The notes beneath the pieces were generated by a model. The model saw only the letters and a program-made list of their open reading frames with translations, was not told the origin of the DNA and searched no databases. The position numbers and the translations under genes were made by a program. From positions 1 to 64,000 of the IMG/VR virus record IMGVR_UViG_3300006175_000004: DNA of 64,000 bases; one strand, 5' to 3'. Below, in pieces: positions 55,743-64,000 of this stretch. Source of the DNA: a virus. Position 1 is the first letter of the stretch; the number at the start of each line of letters is the position of its first letter.

Positions 55743-56593
55743 AATCCAGCCACCATTTCGCGCACCTTGGCCTGCGCTTCCTTCAGGCTCTTCTCGCCTT
55801 TCGCGGTCAGCATCGACTTCGGCAGATCGCGCACATGGTAGACATATTGGCCGTAGCAGCGACAGAATGGTTCTTCAGCGGGCTGCGTGATCTTGTCGAG
55901 AAACCCCGCGTTGCCTTGCCGCATCAATCCCTGCTCGAGAGCCCAGTTGCCCCGAATGGTATAGACCAGCATGTCGCGCTCCTTGTGGTCTTCGCGATAA
56001 TTGTAGCCCGGCTGCCGCCAATGGCTGTGCCAGATCATCGCAAGCGCGTTGTTGTCTTTCGCCACGATGTCATTGATTGCCGATGTCAGCTTGTGGCCCT
56101 GATCAATCAGCACGCGGCGTTCTTCAAATTTGGTCCGCGCCAGCGACTTGCGTATATCCTGCTTGGCTGCGGGCTTCTGACCGGCCACTTTCGTTCCGCC
56201 CTTGGGGATCGATGTGGCCCAACCACTGAAGCGTTGCAGCGTCTTCTCGATGGATTGCTGACGGTTCAATCTGATGAGATTGGCCGATGCCAGTATCCGG
56301 CGATCCAATTCCGCCCGAAGATGAGGCCGCAACCGTTCAATGGTAAATCTTCCGACCCCGGCATGATACCGAGCGATGCCGCCCTTCTCGACCATGCGGG
56401 TATAAATCGCGATCAACCCGCCCCGCAGCATGGCCTCGAGCACATGGGGCTGGGTGAATTCCTTTTCGGCTGCTTCCTTGATCTTCTTTTCCCACATCAC
56501 CAATCGTTCAACGGTGTCGAAGCCGTGGGTGAGCAAGTCATCCACGGCTTCAGTGACAACGTCGTAGAAGGAATTACCCTTCTGTGATGGCAT
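55739..56593 (-). CDS. Head morphogenesis protein (SPP1 gp7/Mu gpF-like)
   Basis: IDQGHKL, WHSHW...YREDHKERD, PAEEPFCRC. Confidence 0.85.
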   Translation of the reverse strand: MPSQKGNSFYDVVTEAVDDLLTHGFDTVERLVMWEKKIKEAAEKEFTQPHVLEAMLRGGLIAIYTRMVEKGGIARYHAGVGRFTIERLRPHLRAELDRRILASANLIRLNRQQSIEKTLQRFSGWATSIPKGGTKVAGQKPAAKQDIRKSLARTKFEERRVLIDQGHKLTSAINDIVAKDNNALAMIWHSHWRQPGYNYREDHKERDMLVYTIRGNWALEQGLMRQGNAGFLDKITQPAEEPFCRCYGQYVYHVRDLPKSMLTAKGEKSLKEAQAKVREMVAGL

Positions 56594-56955
56594 TAGGGTG
56601 CAGGGGCTGCCGGGGTATTCGCAGTGACCGCTGCCGCAAGCGAAGTATCATTCGCGGCAAGCGTGGTTTGCAAATCGGTCAGCGATTGAAGCTGAGCCGG
56701 GGTGGCTCCTGCCGCTTGTGCTGCGGCAACTGCATCCGCGATCATTTTCGGGATGCCATTCAGCAGGGCGACAGCCGATTCTTCGACGGTGGTTTCGTTG
56801 GCGACTTCAGCGGTAAGCGCGGCAATCTTGTCGTCAAGTACTGACATCTTCACTTCCTCTTGTTTCAGGGTGCGTAGGATTTGGCCGAGCAGTCTTTCGA
56901 TGCGATCAAGTCGGCCTTGGCAATGATCGCAAATACAACAATCAAATCTGTTCAC
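56593..56955 (-). CDS. Coiled-coil hypothetical protein
   Basis: Ala/Thr-rich coil; possible internal start MSVLDD with GAGG SD. Confidence 0.6.
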   Translation of the reverse strand: MNRFDCCICDHCQGRLDRIERLLGQILRTLKQEEVKMSVLDDKIAALTAEVANETTVEESAVALLNGIPKMIADAVAAAQAAGATPAQLQSLTDLQTTLAANDTSLAAAVTANTPAAPAP

Positions 56956-57166
56956 GGCGTCCCCTTCTGCACATGTGCATAACTAGGGTTTCAGGATCGG
57001 CTCCGAACTTCTTCGCCACGGCTTCCTTCAGCGATTTGAAGGCCCGCTGGGCAGCCGCTTCCTTGGCTTGGCGGGCCTTGGCCGCTGCTTCCCGCTCAGC
57101 CCGCTGCCGGGCCGTAAACGACGCCTGCTTGGCCCTATTTGAAGCGATGGCGGGCATCAGGGCCAC
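56942..57166 (-). CDS. Small basic hypothetical protein
   Basis: Ala/Arg-rich ORF in operon. Confidence 0.45.
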   Translation of the reverse strand: MALMPAIASNRAKQASFTARQRAEREAAAKARQAKEAAAQRAFKSLKEAVAKKFGADPETLVMHMCRRGRREQI

Positions 57167-57518
57167 CTAATCGGGCCGGGCTTGGCCCTGCGGGCAAGCT
57201 TCGCGGCCTTCCGGCGCTCGTGGCGGTTCTGCGGAAGCTGATCTTCAGGTGTGGTTGCCATTACTTCAAACCCATAAATGACCGGTCCTTGATCCAAGTA
57301 GCTATCCACCGAAGACGCGGTTTGATCGCTGCTCGTCAGATAGGAACAGCAGCCTGATGTATTGGTCCTTGATAAGCCGGGCACCATTCAGCGACCCCAA
57401 ATCCATACGGGGGTCAGGATTACCAACATGACCAGCGTCAAGAAGGCCCCAGCGATAATCAAGGCACCGACGAAGGCTTGCGCGATCTGACCGGCGATCT
57501 GAAACGATGCCGATATCA

Positions 57519-57710
57519 TCAGGACGGGTCCACTTGGACGACTTCGCCATTCGACAACGTCACGATTGCCCCGGCAGGATAATCCCGCGAATTCAGCGTG
57601 ACCACCGCTGTGCCCTTCTTGGGGTGAATGAGGATCATTTGCTGCGTCAGCGCCGCTGCCCCAGCGGTGTGCATTAGATATCCACGAAGCCGCTTCTTCA
57701 TCAGTCCCAC
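57519..57710 (-). CDS. Small hypothetical protein
   Basis: 63-aa ORF in operon. Confidence 0.45.
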   Translation of the reverse strand: MGLMKKRLRGYLMHTAGAAALTQQMILIHPKKGTAVVTLNSRDYPAGAIVTLSNGEVVQVDPS

Positions 57711-57725
57711 CGCCCGTTCTTCACT

Positions 57726-57914
57726 TCATTTGCTGAAGTCAGCGCGAAAGTCGCAGCCTTCCCATGTGGCGTTGACATTGTATTTCGATTTGCACCTGAC
57801 CTTGATATCGGCAGGCACAAAGACAGTTTGCCTACCGCTTTTCGCGGTCAGGTAATCAGCCACAATCTGTTTCAGTTCAGCAGCATCGATGCTGCCGGAA
57901 ATTACGATTGACAT
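57726..57914 (-). CDS. Small hypothetical protein
   Basis: 62-aa ORF after portal. Confidence 0.5.
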   Translation of the reverse strand: MSIVISGSIDAAELKQIVADYLTAKSGRQTVFVPADIKVRCKSKYNVNATWEGCDFRADFSK

Positions 57915-57926
57915 AATCAGCCCCGT

Positions 57927-59510
57927 CTAGGCAGCGCGATCCATTTTCTTGCTTTGACGCAGCAACTTGGTCAACACATTGACCATTGCAGAGTCAGCCC
58001 TTGGCAGCTTCGGCTGATGCTCTTTCGGTGCCGCCTGCTTGCCCGGCTGCTTGTCGCCGTCTTCTTCGTCATCGCCTTCGCCGTCATCTTCGTCGTCGCT
58101 CTGATCATTCCCGCCACCGCCACCGTTCTGCATCATTGCGGCCTGCGGGTCGAAGTTCTCCAAGGCGTCGAAGTCGAGCATCAATTCGTTCGGGAACAGC
58201 AGCTTCAATTCGTTGAAGTTGTCCGCCAGCCATTGAATGATGATGTTGCGATTGTCGGGATCGACCGCAGGAAGCAGGACTTCGACCGCTTCGATCATCG
58301 CATCCAATCGGGTCTTGTCGACCTTCTGCTGTTCCGATGGCGGTTCGGTCAGCAGCGAAGGCCATTCAAACGCGAACGTGTTCACCCAATCGTAGAAGGC
58401 TTCGGTATAGGATTTGGTTTCGTATTCAGGGAAGTCAGCCTTCAGCGTTTCGTAGAATTCCGGGGTCCACGCCTTGTACATGCAGACCTTGTCACAGAAC
58501 TGATACAGGGGCCGCAGCCATGTGCGAACCCCGTCAATGTATTTGGCGATGTTCTTGGCGTCTTCGGTGCCTTCCGCCATCCCGCCGACCATTGTCTCAT
58601 TTTCCAGAAGCTTCGCGGGCATGTCAGCAGCGGTCGCGATGTTCTTCAGGATATTGGTGCGCACCACCTGATAGGGGCCGTCGAGATTGCGGAAGTTCAG
58701 GCTTTCGATTGCATCGTCCGGGCCGATAGAAATGACCCCGCCCGTCGATGCTTCCCTGATCATTCCGCGCTTCTGGCCCCACACCAGTTGCATCATGTTG
58801 TTGATGATCGACCCCGGTGCTTTGATCTTGGCAATCAGAACGCCGACCTTCACCGTGACCAAGTCATCGGTCAGAAGCGTTTGCAGAAACGACTTCAGCG
58901 GGAACAGCGCTCGCTGGTAGACGCTTCTGCCGACGAAGCCGAAGGCCGATTGTGTGAACGCGATATAGATCGGCTCTTCGTTCAGCACCACAACGCTTCG
59001 GCTGCGATGGAATGCGCTGCCCTGAACGCTGACCTGATCGGGTTTCATAAAGTCGATTGACAGCGGGTTCTGGTTCAGCACCAGCGATCCGGCTGTATTC
59101 AATGGATCGTAGACGTTGAAGCTGGTCTTCAGCTTCGACAGCTCTTTGTAATCGAGCGGCCTGCCGGGTGGCACGCCTTCCGCCATCAGGGTCAGCGTGG
59201 CGATCCCGTAGACGCGCGACAGGGATGCGACATTCTTGATTGCGCCATCGCAGCCAAGCTTGGTCCACATTTCCTCAAAGGCATTCTTCACGCGGTCTTG
59301 CGGCGATTTGCTGACCACAATTTCGCGCTTCTGCGATTGGGCCATTTTGATCGGGGCTTCCGCCATCTTGGCCCCAAGCGGGTGGTACAGGTAGATCGTC
59401 TTGCAAAGCTGATACGACGGATCGTCGCCCGGCTGTATATCTTCGGCCTGCAACAGATCGGACAACTGGTTGCCCAGCGACGATCCATTGATGCTGATGC
59501 TTGCTGGCAT
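57927..59510 (-). CDS. Portal protein (DUF1073-like)
   Basis: PSYQLCKTIYLYHPLG, HRSR, FGFVGRSVYQRA, IATAADMPA, EGTED; follows terminase. Confidence 0.88.
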   Translation of the reverse strand: MPASISINGSSLGNQLSDLLQAEDIQPGDDPSYQLCKTIYLYHPLGAKMAEAPIKMAQSQKREIVVSKSPQDRVKNAFEEMWTKLGCDGAIKNVASLSRVYGIATLTLMAEGVPPGRPLDYKELSKLKTSFNVYDPLNTAGSLVLNQNPLSIDFMKPDQVSVQGSAFHRSRSVVVLNEEPIYIAFTQSAFGFVGRSVYQRALFPLKSFLQTLLTDDLVTVKVGVLIAKIKAPGSIINNMMQLVWGQKRGMIREASTGGVISIGPDDAIESLNFRNLDGPYQVVRTNILKNIATAADMPAKLLENETMVGGMAEGTEDAKNIAKYIDGVRTWLRPLYQFCDKVCMYKAWTPEFYETLKADFPEYETKSYTEAFYDWVNTFAFEWPSLLTEPPSEQQKVDKTRLDAMIEAVEVLLPAVDPDNRNIIIQWLADNFNELKLLFPNELMLDFDALENFDPQAAMMQNGGGGGNDQSDDEDDGEGDDEEDGDKQPGKQAAPKEHQPKLPRADSAMVNVLTKLLRQSKKMDRAA

Positions 59511-59737
59511 TTTCTACCTTCCCTGAATGCGGCGGGGTGGCGGGGGTTCACTCGCCACCACCCCTATCGCCTGCGGTCTTCCGGTGAACTCGGATCGCGG
59601 GCGAATGAGAATTGATCAGCCCGTCCAGTCCGTCCAAGGCGGGTCCTTCGGCAACATGCGATACCGGCTCAGCGCCCATGCCAAGTGGCAGAACCAACCC
59701 GATCCGAAGGCTGCGATCAGCGACCAGTAAAGGTGGT

Positions 59738-59977
59738 TCATGGGGCTGCCGCGTGGTGAATGTCGTTCAGCTTCGCGCGAATGGCAGCGGCATCCGATTC
59801 CGACATTCCTTCTTCCGGCCTTGGCTGATGCCCGGCCTGATGATCCATCAGCCAATCAAGGTGCAACGCCGCAAAGGCTTTGTGGGCAGCATTGTCCAAG
59901 GTAGCGAAGTATGCGTCGCCTGCTTCGGTCATTTTCTTCAGCCGTAGATCGGCAGCGGCCTTCTTGATATCCATCAA
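59738..59977 (-). CDS. Small hypothetical protein
   Basis: GGAG SD, 79 aa. Confidence 0.5.
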   Translation of the reverse strand: MMDIKKAAADLRLKKMTEAGDAYFATLDNAAHKAFAALHLDWLMDHQAGHQPRPEEGMSESDAAAIRAKLNDIHHAAAP

Positions 59978-59991
59978 CCATTCTCCATTGG

Positions 59992-61314
59992 TCAGTATCC
60001 CGACGAGTCACCCAACGCCAACGATATGCCATAGCAGAAGCAATCCAACAGATCGTCGGCCCGCTTGTTCGCATCCGGATCGGCAACCCTGAAGCCCAAT
60101 ATCTGCGACATCATTTGATTGCGGGTGCTGCCCTTGAACGTGGTCACCTTGTCATAGGCTTGCTCGGTCACCTTGACCAAACCCTGATAGACATAACCGC
60201 TGACATTGATCGCCCGCTCGTCCTTGCCCTTGCTCACCAGCTCGGTGTCAATGGCTTGGGCTTTCCATCCCCGCTTCACCGCTTGCTGAAGCAGGATCGT
60301 GCCGCTGTTTGTATCTTCGATGAATGCACCCAACGATCCAGCGCGGGCCTCGTATTCCTTTGCGAAGGATTCCAGCAGCCGGAACACATTGGGCAGCCAT
60401 GCTTCAAGGCTTGCGCCTTCGATCTGTACAAGGTCCCAATCCAGAATGTAGAGTGTGTTCCCCTTCGATTTGGTGAAACCGAAATAGATCACGCCGGTGC
60501 CGTCATTCTCCTTTCCGGTCTTGATGGCCGTATCAATGACCGCGAAGACGCTGTCGATCCGCTTGGGACAGACCGCAGGCTTCCCATTGATGAGCAGCTT
60601 GTCCTTGCCGAAGAAGGCGATACCCGACCAGTCGACGAATTCGGCCAAGTATTCCTGCTGATAAACCAACGGGTGGTTTTCAGCTTCCAGCTCCTTGAAA
60701 ATGACTTCCCTGCGGGCCAGCCACTCGGCTTCGGTCTCATGGGGATCGCGGATCGGGATGAGGGGATTGTCGAACGTGGGCGCGTGGAATTCTACAAAGC
60801 CCAGCTTCTTCTCATTGCAAATCTTGTAAAGGAAATTGTCGGGATCGTTTCCGTTGGTGTTCGACAGAACAATCGCGCTGCCCTGATAATCCAACAGCGT
60901 GGGCCTGATCGATTTCTCCCAAATCCCCAACATATTGTTCTTGGTGAATGCACCTTCGTCGATGATCACCTTGTGATAGTGCCGGGATCGCCCGGCTGAC
61001 TCGTTGTCCAATGTCCAGAAATCAATCCGGCCACCGCCTATGGTACGAATGACCCCTTCGACCTTGCTGCTACTGGTCCGGATCGGCAGAAGCATGGCAG
61101 CCAGATCGTTGAAGGCTTCCGATGATTTCTTGTAATCAGGGGCGAACCATCCGATGCATTCCTGATTGATTGCGCCATCAGCGGCAATCACTTCACCGAA
61201 TGTGGTCTTCCCCCATCGCCTTCCGCACCTGATGGCTTTGAAGCGGGCCGGGTAATCGAATGCTGATACCTGCCCGTCATGCAGGGTCGGCAGTGACACA
61301 TGGACATCAGGCAT
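59992..61314 (-). CDS. Terminase large subunit
   Basis: CGRRWGKT Walker A, VIIDEGA Walker B, QQEYLAEF, IDTA, DDLLD nuclease residues. Confidence 0.95.
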   Translation of the reverse strand: MPDVHVSLPTLHDGQVSAFDYPARFKAIRCGRRWGKTTFGEVIAADGAINQECIGWFAPDYKKSSEAFNDLAAMLLPIRTSSSKVEGVIRTIGGGRIDFWTLDNESAGRSRHYHKVIIDEGAFTKNNMLGIWEKSIRPTLLDYQGSAIVLSNTNGNDPDNFLYKICNEKKLGFVEFHAPTFDNPLIPIRDPHETEAEWLARREVIFKELEAENHPLVYQQEYLAEFVDWSGIAFFGKDKLLINGKPAVCPKRIDSVFAVIDTAIKTGKENDGTGVIYFGFTKSKGNTLYILDWDLVQIEGASLEAWLPNVFRLLESFAKEYEARAGSLGAFIEDTNSGTILLQQAVKRGWKAQAIDTELVSKGKDERAINVSGYVYQGLVKVTEQAYDKVTTFKGSTRNQMMSQILGFRVADPDANKRADDLLDCFCYGISLALGDSSGY

Positions 61315-61528
61315 GGGGATTTGCCTGAACCCACGCCCGCATGGCCCCGCGCAAATCGCAGTATCCGCAGAATTCCCGAATGGTCTTACCGCGCATATCG
61401 CACCGCGTCAGAACAGCCACCGCATCGCGGGCAAGTGTGAAGGCGGTACAACCATATAATCGGGCACCGCACAGGAAGCATTTTCTGTCAGGCATCAGCG
61501 AGGCGAATTGCAGAACCAGCAATCCCAT
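61307..61528 (-). CDS. Small zinc-finger protein
   Basis: CFLC...CGYC. Confidence 0.45.
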   Translation of the reverse strand: MGLLVLQFASLMPDRKCFLCGARLYGCTAFTLARDAVAVLTRCDMRGKTIREFCGYCDLRGAMRAWVQANPHA

Positions 61529-61661
61529 GAACTGTCGTTATTTCGCCCGCCGCAGAACGAGCATAGCCACTTGCAGATCGCACGCATCGATTGGGGTCCA
61601 TATTGGGGAAAAGGATCAGGGGCAGCCGTTGTTGGCCTAACGGATTTCCGCCCCTGATCAG

Positions 61662-61853
61662 TTATCCCGTCCGGGCTCGGGTGAGTACCGGACGGTGAGG
61701 AGTCTGATTGGTGATCTCGGTCAAAGCATCGTCCCGCATGACATGTGCATTCTCTGTGGGCGATCCATTAGGCCCGAAGCAAAGCTGCCCGGCGACAGCC
61801 CCGCAATAGGGACAAGGGATTTGGTAAAGCATTCTGCCGGTCTTCTGTGTCAT
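61662..61853 (-). CDS. Small zinc-finger protein
   Basis: CPYCGAVAGQLC...H..R. Confidence 0.55.
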   Translation of the reverse strand: MTQKTGRMLYQIPCPYCGAVAGQLCFGPNGSPTENAHVMRDDALTEITNQTPHRPVLTRARTG

Positions 61854-61941
61854 CGCCTGATCTTCACATAGACATGACAGCCAAGCACCACGATCCAGAA
61901 GCCAATGATCCCGCCCGCAATGCCTTCAAGGAAACAGACCA

Positions 61942-62427
61942 TCAATGCACCGTGGTTATCCCGGTCGGCGCTGGGGCCGGTAATGCAGGCCTGCGACGTG
62001 GAAGCCCGCCTTCGACAATGATGCGGGTATCCCGATTGTCGGGCACATCGGCTTCCCTTGGTATCTCACGCCAACCCGCACGGCATTTCAGGTAGAAGCA
62101 AATGGCCCAAGGCTGCCCCTTCTTCAGTGCATCATAAAGCTTTCCCACCGCCATTCCTGTGAAGCTGTTGACCGCCTGATCGAGCTCGAATGCAAAGTGG
62201 TCCTGAAGGGTGGTCAGGCTCATGTGATAATACGAGGCAATTTCTGTCTGCTTGACGCCTGCTACGACCAATGCCCTGACACCCGCTTTCAATTCCGCTG
62301 TCGGTTTGAATGTCGGCCTGCCGGTCTTCTTCCATTTCTTGTTCGGATCGATGGATTTGTTGACCAATCCTTTGGTCGTCAGGACCGGCTTCTTGGTTCT
62401 GCTTGGCTTTGGTTTCTTGCGGGGCAT
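61942..62427 (-). CDS. Terminase small subunit
   Basis: GRPTF, HTH, AICFYLKCRAGWRE; upstream of large terminase. Confidence 0.8.
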   Translation of the reverse strand: MPRKKPKPSRTKKPVLTTKGLVNKSIDPNKKWKKTGRPTFKPTAELKAGVRALVVAGVKQTEIASYYHMSLTTLQDHFAFELDQAVNSFTGMAVGKLYDALKKGQPWAICFYLKCRAGWREIPREADVPDNRDTRIIVEGGLPRRRPALPAPAPTGITTVH

Positions 62428-62463
62428 CGTTTCTCTTTGTGTTATGGTATCGGGTACTTTGGA

Positions 62464-62895
62464 TTATGCGGCCTTTTGCTGGGTACCGCTGAAGACCACG
62501 CGCTCATGGTAAGCGCACCACGGGTTGTCGATGCCGCTGGTCTTATGGCCGCACATTCTGAAGTTGTGCTTGGCCGGGTCATCGCGGGTATATTTGCACC
62601 GCGCTCCGGACGGAAAATCGTTCAGCGGGCCGATGGGTGCTGGCTCAACTGTGGGGATTGGCTCTTGTGATTTCATGGGTTGGGATTTCTTCACAGGCTT
62701 GGTGGTGAAGTAGCTTTTCACCTTTTGCCCGGATCGCTTTAATCCCATGCGATCTATAATTCCGCCTACCGCATTGCGCGACAGATCGACCTTGAATGCT
62801 GATTGTAAAAGCACCGAGATGGATTTGGGCGAATAACCTTCTTCGAACTTCGCCTTGATAAATTCGCGGTGCTTGTCAGAATGAGGACTTGGCAT
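62464..62895 (-). CDS. gcrA: GcrA-like cell-cycle transcription regulator
   Basis: N-terminal EGYS...SRNAVGGIIDRMGL and C-terminal CKY..DDP....FRMCG.....PWCAYH. Confidence 0.85.
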   Translation of the reverse strand: MPSPHSDKHREFIKAKFEEGYSPKSISVLLQSAFKVDLSRNAVGGIIDRMGLKRSGQKVKSYFTTKPVKKSQPMKSQEPIPTVEPAPIGPLNDFPSGARCKYTRDDPAKHNFRMCGHKTSGIDNPWCAYHERVVFSGTQQKAA

Positions 62896-62974
62896 GGTAT
62901 TCTAATACCCCCCGGTATAATCGCGATGTTTGGATTGGTGCGCGGTAGTGACAGTTCTGGCGCGATTTGGGGAA

Positions 62975-63307
62975 CTAATGTGATTCGGGGTCTTCGGCAA
63001 GAGGGTCTGAAGGCTTCAGGTTGGGGATAATCTCGCCCTGCCGGGCGGACAGCCAATCGACCATTCTATGCACACAATCCATTGCCTCATTGATTTTCCT
63101 GATGTCTGGCGCGGGTTTGTGCTTTCCAATCTGAGAAGCTGTCATCACGCAGTGGATTGCCTGTTGAGAATTTCCCATCCGGGCATGAGCCCAAGCCAGT
63201 ACCAGTAAATGAGCGGACTCGTCGCGGGCAAGCAGCACAAACATGGGTTCGTCGGGCTCGGCTTTGCTGTAGCAGTCCCATTCACCGGGATTGTTCTTGG
63301 TGCTCAT
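62975..63307 (-). CDS. Conserved phage hypothetical protein
   Basis: KAEPDEPMFVLLARD motif. Confidence 0.65.
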   Translation of the reverse strand: MSTKNNPGEWDCYSKAEPDEPMFVLLARDESAHLLVLAWAHARMGNSQQAIHCVMTASQIGKHKPAPDIRKINEAMDCVHRMVDWLSARQGEIIPNLKPSDPLAEDPESH

Positions 63308-63627
63308 TTGCTAATACCTTTTCACGTTCAAGAAGGTGGTTGTCGGCATGGGCTTTGATAACTTCGTAGGCTTCCACGCACATGGCATATTTCACATTGT
63401 TGCTCGCCAGTGGGATCGGAGACCACACGATCCAAATCGCGATTGCGGTTTCGAGATCCATCAGCGTAACTTCCTTTCTGTAAACTTCTTCATGGCATCA
63501 TGCAGCTTCATCCACAGGTCGCGGTCGCACATTTCCTGCGGTACATAGTTCATCAGATCAATCAACCGCTGCAATTCCCTGCGATACAATCGAAGGTTGA
63601 TTTGCTGCCCCTGCACCGGCCCCAGCA

Positions 63628-63918
63628 TCAGTGGATCTCGCTCTGCTTCAGGATGGCGTCGATCTTTTCGTCGACCTTGCCGATTTCCGCGATCACATAA
63701 TCTTCGAGCACCCTGATCCGCTGCTCAGCCCGCTCATATTCTTCGTCATATTCTTCTTCGGGCGGGCACAGCTCTTCCCTTTCGAGCATCAGGCCGTCCC
63801 TGTTGCATTTCAGGGTATGGCGTTCCTTGATCAAATCGATCAGCGTGCGGTCTTCGGGCAGCGCTTCTTCTGATTTGCGCTTCAACAAATCGGCTATGTG
63901 CTTGGTGGTAGTCGTCAT
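63628..63918 (-). CDS. Hypothetical protein
   Basis: 96-aa acidic coiled-coil ORF. Confidence 0.55.
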   Translation of the reverse strand: MTTTTKHIADLLKRKSEEALPEDRTLIDLIKERHTLKCNRDGLMLEREELCPPEEEYDEEYERAEQRIRVLEDYVIAEIGKVDEKIDAILKQSEIH

Positions 63919-64000
63919 TTGGATTTCCCTTTGCTGAACTTGCTGGTTTCGTCACCCATGCAATCCCACCGGGGCCATTTCTGACGGGCGAACATTTCCA

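Larger units (their letters stand above)
1..64000. mobile_element. Tailed dsDNA bacteriophage (contractile tail, Bcep781-like morphogenesis module), partial genome
   Basis: Ordered terminase-portal-protease-capsid-neck-sheath-tube-tape measure-baseplate-lysis genes plus phage replication genes; dense overlapping start/stop codons; no host housekeeping context. Confidence 0.97.

Noticed and set aside
57927-59510. Portal as an anti-CBASS Acb1 nuclease (a common automated label for this family)
   Set aside because: No HxT/HxS phosphoesterase domain visible; size and position fit a plain portal

Overview
The whole window is tailed dsDNA phage sequence (myovirus-type, Bcep781-like head and tail gene set). 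The host is probably an alphaproteobacterium, judged from a GcrA homologue and an alpha-type sigma70 promoter. No integrase, tRNA, CRISPR array or host genes were seen. Layout: (1) 1-7250, minus strand, replication and modification operon: a DnaX-like clamp loader cut by the window edge and missing from the ORF track, a DNA methyltransferase, a UDG-fused family A polymerase, a beta-clamp and a PLP enzyme. (2) 7300-25040, plus strand: MazG-like protein, DnaB-like and SNF2 helicases, an early cassette with a MoxR ATPase and vWA-metallopeptidase, primase and a sigma-like factor. (3) 25100-64000, minus strand: lysis, baseplate/tail, head, portal, terminases and GcrA. Best candidates for new biology: a 429-aa head-module polyprotein of eight ~55-aa modules separated by [RK]xD[AS] motifs that recur in the scaffold and portal (putative protease-processed capsid cargo); three 200-380 nt multibranched non-coding RNAs; a GT2-TPR glycosyltransferase inside the tail module together with a Thr-collagen protein; and a methyltransferase plus PLP enzyme pair embedded in the replisome operon. 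All family calls come from motif recognition by eye; no searches were run.
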